This document shows positions 12,101 to 24,100 of a DNA stretch of 37,817 nt, in pieces. The translations under genes and the position numbers were made by a program. Position 1 is the stretch's first letter; each line of letters opens with the position of its first letter. The notes beneath the pieces were generated by a model. It was given only the letters and a program-made list of their open reading frames with translations, did not search any database and had not been told where the DNA came from. This DNA comes from Catajapyx aquilonaris. Taxonomy: Eukaryota. The stretch is taken from contig KZ538213.1 of assembly GCA_000934665.2 (NCBI GenBank), forward strand, positions 62,001-99,817, given 5' to 3'.

Positions 12101-15100
12101 TTATTTAAATAATATTAAATGGAGGATCATTTACTGTAAAAATGCAGCTATGTGTGAATGAACCTGGATTTTGGAAATTAATATCAGGTGCACGTACTGG
12201 AATTTGAGAGTGCATGACCACGTACTACATAATTTCATAGCAGGAATTAATAATCGTCAATCCATTGAATAATAAGGCTATAAAGTATCAAATTCGCCGG
12301 TTAATTAGTAATTATATCTACTCCTATTATGACATAACTGCTGATCGAAACTATAGTTAATAGGCAGGTAATAAATTGTATTTTAGTAACCTAACTTATA
12401 CAGATTGAACATCACCAATATAGCAATCATGTGTGTGATGCTTTTAGTCAGTATTGTGTAAATCAGCAAATTTTACGAGGAATTCCAACTTATCTCTTTC
12501 AAAAGTTGCTATATGAATGGGTTATTCGTCCTCTTTCTGATGTTATTTGTAACCATCAACCAAAAGTCAGCCACAACCACCAAGAAAGCCCATAAGAAAA
12601 TATTAAATGGGATAATCCCAGCAGCAGAAGGATGCTGCGCTAATAATAGCTTATCAGGACTGAAAAGCCCAGCCCAAATATCTGGTACTCAGCTGCTTTT
12701 TATTAGGCCGTTACTCTCCAACAGTTAGATCAGCGGGTAGCAAAAACAATATTATACTCCTAACATTAGGTTGAATGGAACCATCATTGTTGGCCATTGT
12801 CTGGATCCGGGCTGGGGAAAAAGGGGATGAGACAATGCTTTGTGAATTATTTCAAATCAGGATTGTAAACATTGGGAATAAATATCTGTTACACATAATG
12901 CATGCAATGTAGAAATAAACAAAATGTATACATTTTGTTTCGTGTGTTAATTATTAAGAAAAAAAAGCAGTCAAAAGTAAAAATCACTTTATAGAGCCAA
13001 TCTTTTCAATAAAAAAAAATTGGTTCAGTGTTGATATCATTCTACGTGCAGCGTATATACCTGGGTAAAGTAAGAATCTCTAAGATCACAAAAGACCTTT
13101 TACATGCCTGAGGGCCTACTGTTTCCATCTCTAATAACGACAAAGTGCAAGCTGAGAGAAAAGAAAGGAAGAAACTAGGCACTGGAGAAGGAAGGTAGCG
13201 TGGTGGTGGTGTTGGGTTGAAGAAAGAGAGTGGTAGTAGGAGGCTAGAAAAGAAAGAAGGAAAGAGAAAGAAGGAAAGGAAAGAAAGAAGGCTTGTCTCC
13301 ATCGATCCCCTCCAGAGATTTGAACCGGCTTCTTCCAGCGGTGGAAATGGGAGATGCGTTTATGGCCTGGCAAAAATGTGCGAAAGCAGTGGAATGGTCT
13401 GCTGAAGGATGCAATAGTTTCTCAGGCCCCATTTTGCCTTCTCTTCTTTTTTTGCGCACACTTTTTCTCTCTATTTCAGCTCCTTTTTTCACATATATTT
13501 TGAGGGACCGCCCGCCCCAGCCATGAACGCTTCTTTAGCAATTTGCACCGAATTAGACTAGTTGGCGGGCATGCAGAGTCTGAAGCGGATTTGAGCAGAG
13601 CAGGCCGCCATTTTCATGAGCGCAATAAACCAAATGGTGGTTCGGACCTGGCCGGTTTCCGTACTTTCCAGCCGGCCGTAAACTCCATGAATATTCATAA
13701 CGAGCTGGATGGGAACAATACCTGTAGAGCAGTACTGGAAGAGTAGTTTGAAGCGGCCGCTTCTCCTAAAGTCAAGTAGGCCAGTAATTTGTATTCAGTC
13801 ATACTAAAATGCATAGGTATTTCCTTCTGCTGTGTTGCGATTCGTGCCTTTAACAGATATCCGATCGGTCCCTGCCATCATGTCTTCTACTATGATGTCA
13901 AATGGAATGACCCGACATCAAGTAGATAACATCAGGCAAATGTAGAGTTACAGCTATGCCAAACCCAAAAATTTGTCGTACCGGTATATCTTTAGAATGT
14001 CTTAAGCTCACCAAGCATTAGGTCCGAAGGAGAGAGAGAAGCTTGCTTCCTTTTCAAATATTCATGCGTGCCTTCCGCCTTTCGCTTAATTTCCTGGGGC
14101 TTTATGGGCTGTTTTGCAGTCGCTGCTGGTGTATTTGCTTGCCTAGTTTGGCTCATTTGTGCCTCGTCCTGCGTCTCGTGGGGAGGGCAGACGGTGTCTC
14201 CAGAGGAGTTGAGGAGGGCACAGATGCAACTGTCCCCAGGCTTTTCACACCGATACTCTCTCTTCTTGTTCAGCAAAAAAAAAACACACACACACAGAGG
14301 ATCGGACCAGGAACAGGTGCGCTTGACCGGCACAAAAGGAACTAACTACACTGCAGATGTGCCATTAGATGTATCAGGCATCGTATCGGAAATCGGCTGC
14401 GATTTGGACCCAAATTAATTTACCCTCGAGCCGTAATTGTGGGAATTAATATTCCTTATTCATGATCTTCAGCATACAATAAAATATGAAGGATCGGAGT
14501 GTCTGTAGCAATGTGTTCATTTTCACCAATTTTTTGCAAGAATGTGGAGTAGCCCATTGTTGCAGTTTACGAGGCACATAGCACCAGAGCGTATATAGAA
14601 CCTACCCCGAAATGTAGCTCAAACGATTTTTTTTTAACTCGGCAGTGTTTCGACAGCTTTCTCATCAAACTCTGGAGGCTCCGGAATGCCACTGCAGAGT
14701 GCTGGAATTCCTTCTCTCCAGCAGCAGCAGCAGCATCCCATAGCATTTACAGTCCGGGAGAACTTTGTTACAAGATTATCTGTTCTGAAGCGTTGTAATG
14801 CGCAACCAAGGATCGATTCCCGTTGTTGCTGTTGTTGCATAATCCTCCCTTGTCGAAGTCTGCTGAAGGTCTGGAGGCTGTTGGATTTTGAGAGTGTTTG
14901 TGACAGTGTAGGCCTACAAGAATAAGGCGCGGGCTTTTGATGTGCTGAGGAAGCTCGGGGGGTTCCTATATAGGATATATCTTTGGGTTGAATAATAGGG
15001 GGCGGCATCTGCAGGGATGAATTGTATAAGCCGGCGGGGCTATGGCCCTACAAAAGTTTCAATCCATTCCGGGGGGGTTACTAAACTCGGCAGTAATCCA

Positions 15101-17449
15101 GACGACCGTGGCGCTTTGCCAACAGAGATGGCGGCGAGAGGAGGGGGGGTTAAAAAACTGGAGAAAGGCAGTAAAAATGGCGACATGTTTTCAAGTACGA
15201 GCAAACTGTACGGTCTGTCGAGAATCAACGTGACGTATTTGAATTTTTGATGCTTTTTCCAGATATAATGTATAAGATTTTCTTTTGTGCAAGGCGGCTG
15301 ATATATTGCGAGATTCTTCCGGGTTGCAATGTCACACTCGGTGTGTTAACTGATGCGGCTGTAACTGGGTTGCATTCATGTTCATGAAGTTTTACAGAAA
15401 AGAAAAATAAATTGAACTTGCGCGTGAAATATATGCAGAAAATTCCCAGTGAGGCGTCGAAGGCAAGGAGTTGGCAATTCAAATCCGTGCCGAGACAGGT
15501 GAGAAGCAGCAGTCTAAATAGATTGAAAGAAGGAAAAAATAGATGGGCCCAACCGGAGTGAGAGTGATGGCGGCAAGTTTTCCAATAGATCCGGGGCCAT
15601 TACTTACGGCCGGGAAGGTTTCGCATCCCAGAGGCAGCCTTATCCGGAGATGAGGCAGGCACATGATGGCCAATGAGTAAACGTGGTAAGTAGTGTCTTG
15701 GGGTCGAATATGGCTTCGACGAGGTTCCACCTCAACTTACACCATTTTTGGGAGCACTGAAGCATCTTGATCGACAGCGTGCCTAATGTAATCATCATAA
15801 CTATACCTCCCGAATGTTTATCTTGATTGGCATCCCACTATTATTGTATTACGACCAATTTGCGCTGCGCCGCACTCCACAACTGTACAACAATTATGAT
15901 CCTACCTCGTACAAGTTGCGCCGCCCAAAAATAATAACGACCCCTCGTTTTATATAGAGGATGTCGCAATAAAATTGCGTCCCCAGCAGGATGATACCAT
16001 CAGTTGCGAAACGTCACGCATTGTGTCAAATCTAGGAAATTGTGTCTGTGTATACTAACAGCGATACTGCTATTTATGCAAATAACAGGGATTATTTCTA
16101 CTAGCAGTTAAAAATATAGGAAGTGATCAGTAGCAGCTCTTTCCATTATGTTCTTCATCATGTGAAACTGCTATTTTCTGGTTGAATCAACATTAATTAT
16201 GTGCACACAATATTTGTTACCCTAATTCCAGTCTTCTGCTGGAGGGTGAGACTCTGCTGGTTCATTTTTTGAGGAGCGCATACGAGGTCTGGCACGTAGT
16301 ACATCGGGTGCAAGACCGGAAATTGCCCCAATCATCCGGCCTGATAGTATAAGCAAGGCAATGAAGATGAGGGGAGGGGGGGACTGGGTGAGAAGGTTGG
16401 GGCTCGTAAACCTTCAAATTGAGTTGAGGCCCAAACGGCAGTTTCAAACAAATTCACTCCCACTTTACCCCCCCTTCCCAGGGTCTAGTCTCCTTTTCAT
16501 TTTACTCGCAGGATTTTCATGTATTAGCAAGATTAACCTGCTTACTGTATTATTCCGCCTTTTTAAATTAATTTTTTTTCCAGTCTGCAGATACGGTATT
16601 ATTTCTCCAAATATGGTGGTCCTGAGGGTATGAATTTTTGTAATTATAACCACCCCCTTCCGGAATTACTGTGCGGTCTCACAGGGCAGAATGCTCACAA
16701 AAATGCAAACAGTATTTTTTTAGGACACTAATGGGCATGTTGCTCTGCAGGCATTTCGAAATGTTTTTTAGTCGCCTGCGGTGCGTTTCATATGCACTGG
16801 GTCGTTCATTTTGAATGAAGTGAGAGTGCTTTAAATAATATCTGCTTCGTTTATGTATACTATATACTGTAGTATTTATTTATATTTTATTTCTGCCCAT
16901 GACAATGTGTTCTGAGCGAACCACATTCCATATGCATGTAATTTGAAAATGTGGATATGCCTTTTTTTTGCCAACCCCTCCTTCCTTCCCCCACTTTCTC
17001 CCCGCCTTCCCCTGGGTCTCTCAGCTGAGAGGCAGACGGGGCGATGAATGACCTTTCTCCCCGAGTATTGATTTTACCAGAGGATGGTTCCTCTCTGTCT
17101 CCCTTTCTCCTTTTGCAACTACGAGGAGAATTCAGGCGGGGGCCCTTGAAGAAAGAGAGAGAAAAAAAAGAGGGTCGAAGACTAATATGGGGGTGGAAAA
17201 GGAAAGGAATGAAAAAAAAAAAGGAAGATGGTGGTGGGACATTGCTGGAAAAAATATATATATATTAAGGGATTTCCCAACTTACAGTGGCAGACAGCTT
17301 GGCGTCATTGCGCGTTATGCAATTGTACAGTACGTATGACTATTTCATGCTGAGTATTGTTAATGTTGATATTTTTGGAGGGGAGGCAGGCATTTTTTTG
17401 GGATGGAAAAAAGTGATGAAAAAGTGAGGCGAAATTATATAAAAATATG

Positions 17450-17455
17450 TTTATT
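17450..17455 (-). terminator. Polyadenylation signal AATAAA of the hexapeptide-repeat gene
   Basis: tttatt on the plus strand at 17450-17455 is AATAAA on the minus strand, about 105 nt after the stop codon, followed by T-rich sequence on the minus strand. Confidence 0.7.
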
Positions 17456-17560
17456 TCAGTCTGCTACTGATATCACAAAGCACTTTCGGCGTTTTTCTGT
17501 TCAATTTGAGTACAAATATTTCCAAAATGCATTGGGTACTACTACAGCTCTTTAAACGAC

Positions 17561-17809
17561 TTAATATTTTCCTCCAAAATCTCCGTCGTGTCCGGAGACT
17601 TCGTGGGATTCGATCTTGACTGGATAAGGAACCTTCTTGATCACTGGCACCTTCTGAATGACCGTGTACTTCTCGTACACTGGCTGCTTCTGATACACGG
17701 GATACTTCTGGTACACCAGGTAGTGCTTGGTGACTGGTACCTTTTGAAACACAGGGACCTTCTGGAAAACTGGAACCTTCACCACCACAGGAACAACTTC
17801 GTGCTCAGT
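17561..17809 (-). CDS. Exon 3: hexapeptide repeat domain and C-terminal His/Gly/Asp tail
   Basis: Acceptor tatgatttcAG with AG at 17811-17810. It extends ORF-track entry 17561..17788 by 7 codons, shows 18-nt periodicity with synonymous variation between units, and ends in TAA at 17563-17561. Confidence 0.92.
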   Translation of the reverse strand, partial: TEHEVVPVVVKVPVFQKVPVFQKVPVTKHYLVYQKYPVYQKQPVYEKYTVIQKVPVIKKVPYPVKIESHEVSGHDGDFGGKY

Positions 17810-18075
17810 CTGAAATCATAACATCACTCTTTAAGATATTATGCTCTTATGTGACTGATGCACAAACTTACGTGTTCGTGTCCACCGTAGTCGCCAAGAT
17901 CATGTTCTGATCCGGAATGATCTCCCGCACTTGCGATCATGACCAGAGTGGTCAGTGTGGCCAATACAAGCTGAAAAAATAAATTTATAAATTCCAAATA
18001 TATTACGCTGCAAGTTCACTGGAATTATTTTTTTGCCTACACAGTACATCGGATAATCACACTTACCATGTTCAT
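17561..18075 (-). CDS. Three-exon gene for a 118-aa secreted Pro/Val/Lys/Tyr-rich hexapeptide-repeat protein, probably a low-complexity cuticular/extracellular structural protein (CPLCP-like); join(18075..18067,17970..17872,17809..17561)
   Basis: Manual splice reconstruction on the minus strand: CAAC-ATG AAC ATG|gtaagt, 96-nt intron ending ttttttcag, 99-nt exon, |gtaagt, 62-nt intron ending atttcag, 249-nt exon ending TAA. Both introns are phase 0 and the frame stays open. Protein: MNMLVLATLTTLVMIASA GDHSGSEHDLGDYGGHEHTEH EVVPVV VKVPVF QKVPVF QKVPVT KHYLVY QKYPVY QKQPVY EKYTVI QKVPVI KKVPYP VKIESHEVSGHDGDFGGKY. The hydrophobic N-terminus ends in A-S-A (signal peptidase motif). TATA, Inr and polyA signal are correctly placed. 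The gene model is read from sequence; the family assignment is inferred from composition. Confidence 0.9.
17621..17800 (-). repeat. Coding tandem repeat: 10 x 18 nt (hexapeptide x-K-[VY]-P-V-x)
   Basis: Ten in-register hexads: K at position 2 in 8/10, P at position 4 in 8/10, V at position 5 in 9/10. Confidence 0.85.
17872..17970 (-). CDS. Exon 2: rest of signal peptide plus His/Gly/Asp-rich N-terminal segment (LVLATLTTLVMIASAGDHSGSEHDLGDYGGHEH)
   Basis: Acceptor tttattttttcAG with AG at 17972-17971, donor GTAAGT at 17871-17866. The exon is 99 nt (33 codons) with no stops. Confidence 0.88.
18067..18075 (-). CDS. Coding part of exon 1 (M-N-M) of the hexapeptide-repeat gene
   Basis: Minus strand reads ttCAACATGAACATG|GTAAGT: an insect-type start context (CAAC-ATG) followed by a consensus donor at 18066-18061. 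A very short first coding exon that splits the signal peptide is typical of insect cuticular protein genes. Confidence 0.82.
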
Positions 18076-18140
18076 GTTGAATATTTAGCTCTTGGGAGAT
18101 GCTGGGGAGTTGCTTCAACTGTGGGAGTCTGGCTCTGTCT

Positions 18141-18171
18141 GCTGACAATGTGGTGTTACTGGGTTTTTATA
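18141..18171 (-). promoter_or_regulatory. Core promoter of the hexapeptide-repeat gene: TATA box plus initiator-like TCAGC
   Basis: Minus strand has TATAAAAA at 18171-18164 and TCAGC with its A at 18143, 28 nt downstream of the first T of the TATA box. This spacing fits arthropod TATA-Inr promoters; the Inr is a partial match to TCAKTY. Predicted 5'UTR is about 68 nt. Confidence 0.75.
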
Positions 18172-21100
18172 CAGGCCGTATAAAGGTATCTAAAATGATA
18201 AAAATGCACTTCCGCTTTTCATCACCCAGCCGTTATGAGCAATATAAGAGACATTTTGCAGTCGCGCGGCTGTGATTTTCTTGGCGACTTACATCTTTCC
18301 GCGTGACACATATGCGCTCACCCGGGAAAGTAATATGCCTTTCGCATAGGAGTACTGTCTTATCATTTCGGTCTTTATGACATGCATTACAGTGAAGCCC
18401 TTAATACGCTGCACCGGAGCTGAAATATTTTTGGCATGTCGATTTGTGCCGTATAGTATTGGCAAAGTCTCGCGAAGTCTCTCCCCTGAGGTCGTAATCG
18501 ATGGTGGGATGGGCTTGGATTAATTAAGACAAAATTTCAGATAATTCGCAGCCCTGATGAATGCACTTAAAGTACTTCCTTGACAGCCTTGGCTTTCCGA
18601 TGAAGTTTTCCATTCGAGAAAAGACAGTTATGTGTCAGGATATAATTTTGAAGGAGTTGGGAAGTGCTCCAGGAGAAGGCCCATTCCCGATGCTGTTGTC
18701 TTCATTTAAGGCACTCAGAAGTTGTGAACGAAGCGAATCATTTAGATGGGAGCCATGAAACTTGACTTGACCTGCATTCTGACTCACTCGGTACATGTAC
18801 AGGATCATACTGTTTAGTTCTGCCCTCTTGCAATCTAAAAGAAGCCATAGTAAATTATAACGGGAATGTTAAATAATCGAGGACTTAACTTTTGGTGTAG
18901 CAACTGACTGTAGTTTGTCAGTGAAAGTACAGTAGCTGTACGTGGAAACTTTCTTAACTTGAGGCACCTAAAGGAAGGGAAGTTTGACATGGGAGTATGA
19001 GCAAGAAATACAGCAGCACAGGCGGCTTTTAAGCAAATTGATTTTTTTAAAAAAATATAGTGAACACCGTCGGGATGAAAAGGTGCAAACTTAGTGATAG
19101 GTAATATGACCAATTGCATAATTATAGTGACACCTAAGAGGTGTACCATCCTCTCAGGACATAGACGAGGTGGTCTTGTTTCAAGGCAGCCATTAGACTT
19201 CTGGGAATGCCAGTAAGGGTCTTCCTCCTCTCCCTTCCCCCCCCCCTTTTCCTTGGGAAGATCCTTCAGGATTAGAAAGCTAAGTATCTCTTGAGCGGCT
19301 TCCAACTGCTTAGACCCAGCGCCTGCTCACCACCATGGGACTTCAAGACCCCCCCCCCCCTTCTTCCTCCATGCCCCATTCCACCCTATCCCAAATCAAT
19401 AAGGACCGTGGCATAACCGGTGGAAAAGGAAGAGGGGGGGTTTTATTATTTCAAAGTTTTTTTTTTGGGCTAGCGTCGGGTGACTGAACTCACTTGGCAT
19501 TGAATTTGAAAGAAACTATACTTTCGGTCTCTATGAAATATCGCTTAAGGTGACTATACTGAGTGAGAACAGAGCACACTCTTTAGTGACTTGAGAGGGA
19601 CCCCGCAATTGGAATCAGCTCTAATGTTATTTTCATTGGAAAGGCTTTTGAAGTACACCGGCTAAAGTGGTTCTCCATTACACGACATGTTTGTACACAT
19701 GTCTGTGACAGATTATGTCGAGTGGACTCTGGGCTTGTTTCAACCGTTGAAATGATTCGGTCTGCCTTTCAGGGGCTGCTAATTGCTTAGTACTGTATCG
19801 GTGCTGCACCATTTGCACAAGTTTTTAATCTAATGGACAACCAGCGGACTAGCTTTTAGACCAGGGTTCAACGGCCTGTTTTTTTTGCATTGGGTTCAAA
19901 AAGTCAGATGAAATGTTAACGAGCATCTGCGAGCATGAAGAACATACGCTTATTTACACTGTTAAAAGGTACTCAAATCTGCTCAAATTATAACTGCGTT
20001 GAATAAAATAATACCAAATAGCTTTCTGTCACTGTTTTTCGAACCATCCAGTACATCTCTGCATGCACGACGCTAATTTTCACCTCTCTAAAAGTCTCAC
20101 AAATATGTTGATGAGCGGAGTCTAGTGAATTATAGTGCACGGAAACCCGTAGTAGAGTATAGAGGCATGAGTGAGCAGGAAAAATCGAAGGCCATTAGAC
20201 CTCGTAATGAATGCCGGTTTGGCTTTGCGTATCTATCAGAGGAAGACTCTTCCTTCCAGCAGCCTCCCCCCCCCCTTTTCCATTGGGATTAAAATCAAAG
20301 ACTTGCTTTCTCAGCCATTGCATTGATAATAATCACTCAAGCGAAGTAGTACGGCTGCAACTTCCAGATTAATTCAGCACACTTGGACCAGTCTTAACTT
20401 TAAAAAAAAAAAATCTGGCAGAGTTTTTTAAATCATTTTTGTTTGGTGTATTTCCAAGGCTGGTTTTTTTTTCATTCCAGGGTATATCCGCAGTACTAAA
20501 TCAGCCATGATGGAAAAGTGGGTCGTGTGTAATTCAACCTATTCACGTCCGCCATATCTCCGGAGTTTTTGTGGCTCCAAAAAATGATGATCCTGGTCGA
20601 TCAGTATCAAAACTTAATCAGAGGTCGTAAAGTCCGGGGACGGGCGGTCACTAATTGGGACCCCCCAGTTAATATCGCAAGACGGCATTAAAGCTTCGCC
20701 CTAACCTTTAAGCAGAAAGGGCGTAAACAATTTGGCCTCGTTATAGGGGCTCTCCCTAAGAGTGCGAACTTGGGATTTGCTATCAAATAAATTGGATTCT
20801 GTAATGAAGATGTGACAAATGCATCGGGTAAGATCTGTATAGGGCTGGATTAACCACTGGAATTTTTAAACGACCGGTTTGTGTAAAATATCCTTACAGC
20901 ATGCGCTTTGGGTGGTGTCAACTATTGTGTAATTAGAGCGTATGATTTTTGTTGTAAGCCCAGCATCCGGAATTGGTTGGCATGTATAGGCTAATGAGGA
21001 GGAGTGTTTTTTTCAGTTTTCAAAATTGAAATTGCAGTACATTGAGGCTGGGTTCATAATATGCCTCTGGAGTATTGCTGTGCAGGGGGATTTAGCTACA

Positions 21101-24100
21101 GTGCGGTGCCAATTAGAATGGATGTTGTTAAGAAATGGAGCATCAACGGTATAAAAAAAGGCAATGGGAGAAGTTGTGACTCATTTGAAATTATAACGAG
21201 GAGCAATTTTGCGGATGAAAAAGTTTCTGGAGAAATTCTTGAGATTATAACTGTATGAGGAGGAAACGGAGAATACATTATAAAAGGTGTTTTTAAATGA
21301 CATCACCACCTAATTCAAGGAGGTATTATTCAATTAAAGCAGCCTCAAATTATAACATACAACACCAATAATGAGGCAGAGGCATATTAATTTAAATTAA
21401 ACTTATGCATTGAGCTAGGCTGCAAAATTCTACACTGTTATCTGCAGGAAATGAGCGGAAAACCACACATTTTAACTAGCAAGATCAATACAGTGCCATC
21501 ATCTCTTACTAAAGCTTATCGTCACTATTATTTCATTACGATCATGCCATGTAGACTGATATTTTTTTCCTAACATTCAATAACCTTAAATGAATATATA
21601 TATTTTTTGCCTAGACCCGATGAAAGAATCTTCCATTTCATTCGACAGGAGGTTCCGGTTTTTCAGTATTCTCCGGAATATTTTTACGTTCAAAATCTTT
21701 TAATTACGCGATCAATTTTGAGGGCGGGATCGGGCTGCTGAGGGTGGGAGGGGGGAGGCAGCATTTTCATCTGGAGAGAAAAAGCGACCCGGTAATGTAA
21801 TTTTGCTAATTAATAGCTTCCCTTTATTAATCCCATCGCAACCCTCCAATCCTCCTCAGCCAAATATTTTGACTATGTGCTAATGCATAAAATATCCACT
21901 TTTTACTATATATACGCTAAGTAGGGTTGCCCAAAAGTGTAGCTTTCTTTATAAATTATTTTTGCTTTGTTTATACCAATAAGTTGCCCTCAGGAGGTCC
22001 ATTGCTACATTACTTGCTGTATAAACTGATTATTATTCGGGTTATCATTGTTCAAAAAATTGAATCGACACTGCAATGTTCTCATAACTAAATATTTGAT
22101 ACACTGAAATTATTTCTTCCAGAAGTAGTGTAGATTTTTAAAAGTTATGTTTAGCAAGTCGCTCTTGCTGAGTTAAACTCTAAATAAATTAGTGGTGTCA
22201 ACCTCAGCATGTATTACAGTTTTGATTAGACAAAAGTCATGTAAGCAAGTAACCTGCGCTTAGTTTGCATGCCCGCAGAAAATGAAATATTACCTCACCC
22301 TGCAATAGGAAGTTATGGCGGGAGATGCAAGCGGAATAAGAGACAATTGGTCTGGCAGAGAGGACACCATCAGTGTCATAAATCGTCTGGTTTTTGGTGG
22401 GCGGGGGGGGGGGGGGATGGGTCCTGGGAAAATTTACCTTCCGAGTCGCACGTAGTATTTGAAAGTCGCGTTGGAATTAGAAAATGAGGCAGAGCTAATT
22501 CAATTACAAACCGCAGTGGGAGTTGGAAAAGCGCGGGCGGTGGCAAAGGAAGCAAAGAAGAGATGAAACATGGCGACGGGGCCAGCTCTTCCTTCCATTT
22601 CTCGTTCCTGTTGGCACAAGGAATTACCCCCCAAGTGACGCTGGGAATGCAAATGGGACCCCACAGCCCCCTTTACGGAACCCAAGTGCTATGGATCACC
22701 CCCGCCCCCCATCTTTTCCACCCCTCCTCTCACACCCCATACTCGGATCCACCCTCTATACTGTATAATACCTTCAAGCGACAACCAATCGCCCATCAAT
22801 ATTGTTTGTGTACAAGTTTATTACATAACAGAACAGTACATGCTATAAAATTATTAACATCAATATGTACTGCAATTGCGTAATATGAGCTGGTCAATAT
22901 TTGGTAAATGATCTGCAGCCTCCATTCAGTTGGACTACGACTCTAGAGGCAATGTTTTGACGATCTGGAGATCGATGAACTTATTGACGTGGGAAAGGAG
23001 CAAAAAAAATGGATGTTAGGAAGCTTCATCCAGAGCCTTTCTCTATTTTTGGTAGACTGGAAGAAAAAAAAGCATTTAACAGATCGGTCTCTCCTCCTGA
23101 CCAAGAACGGCGTGCTTTTGATGGAGAGTAATCTGGTTTGAACGGGTCGCAGTACACAAAGGGGGATAATAGCAAGGCTTCCTGAAGAAAGTGAAACGAA
23201 AGTTCCAAAGTTTACACTGAAGAGTCGAGATCAGGGCTTGTGAAGTTCGCAGCTTATCGCTTTTCCCTTCCCCCATCCCCCACACTGAAAAGGATTACTA
23301 TAGGAATCGCTTCAAATTATTCGGAGGAAAAGGCCCTAGTGTTCCTTCCAACAATGGCTGCCAGGTGGATCCATTGTGAAGCTTCTTCTCCAGCCTCCAT
23401 CTCACCTGCCATTGTGTGTACACATCCCCTTAAGAATAACCCCCCCTCCCCACCCCCCACCCCAAAAAAGTTTCATTGACGAATGGGCCCCATCTCACCC
23501 AAGGAGCATTTCTACACGGATTTCCTCTTTTCTTCGCACAGAAAGCAAAGTTGTCGCCATTAGTTCTGGGGAGTCCATTTTGAGAACGCGCCTGAGTGCC
23601 AAGAGTTTGTGTGTGCAAAATCTCTTGTGAAAATCTGGTCTCCAAATGGCTCGCACACTTGGATTAAGAGCAAAGTGTTAACTATATGACTCCCGTGTAA
23701 TGACCACGCCCTTGAATCGGGCCAAGTGCCGCACACCTTTCCTCCAGGAGAGTGCTCGGTGCAATGGATAGGTATTGAGCTATTTCCCTGGCATGAGTCA
23801 TAGGTGCTCGCGTCTCTCTCTCTTTCGGAGCACGGGCCTGACATCTAGCAAGTGCAGGAGAAACGATAAGAGCCGGCGGGGGTTTGCTAACTTGGCACTT
23901 TGGCCGATGGGATACGGGACCCGGCCTTTTTTTTATGTCCCCAGGAAAGGGAAAAAGGAGCCAGGAAAATACTACTGAGTGATTCAAAACGATACTTTTT
24001 TTGGAGGGGTGAAAAATTGTGCAAGTTCGGTTGCATAAGCGAGCATGAAGAGTGAGCTGAACTTTTGTTTATTGCTAACTAGTGGTGGACCCGTTGCCAA

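Noticed and set aside
13855..14397. Weak inverted similarity (cagatatccgatcggtccctg vs reverse complement of caggcatcgtatcggaaatcgg) as possible TIRs
   Set aside because: Too degenerate, with no identifiable target-site duplication or superfamily-type terminus.
14719..14733. (CAG)5 as a possible polyglutamine exon
   Set aside because: Very short, and the surrounding frames on both strands give no protein-like sequence or convincing exon boundaries.
17588..17821. Plus-strand 77-aa Leu/His/Trp-rich ORF
   Set aside because: It is the antisense shadow of exon 3 of the real minus-strand gene; its periodicity is inherited from the repeat.
17900..18148. Minus-strand 82-aa ORF overlapping the gene's 5' end
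   Set aside because: It reads through the 5'UTR and intron 1 and is out of frame with exon 2; the spliced model explains the region far better.
21118..21210. Peptide MDVVKKWSINGIKKGNGRSC, faintly like the region after the YADD motif of LINE reverse transcriptases
   Set aside because: There is no upstream YADD-like motif or other RT motif in any frame I read; the similarity is within chance.
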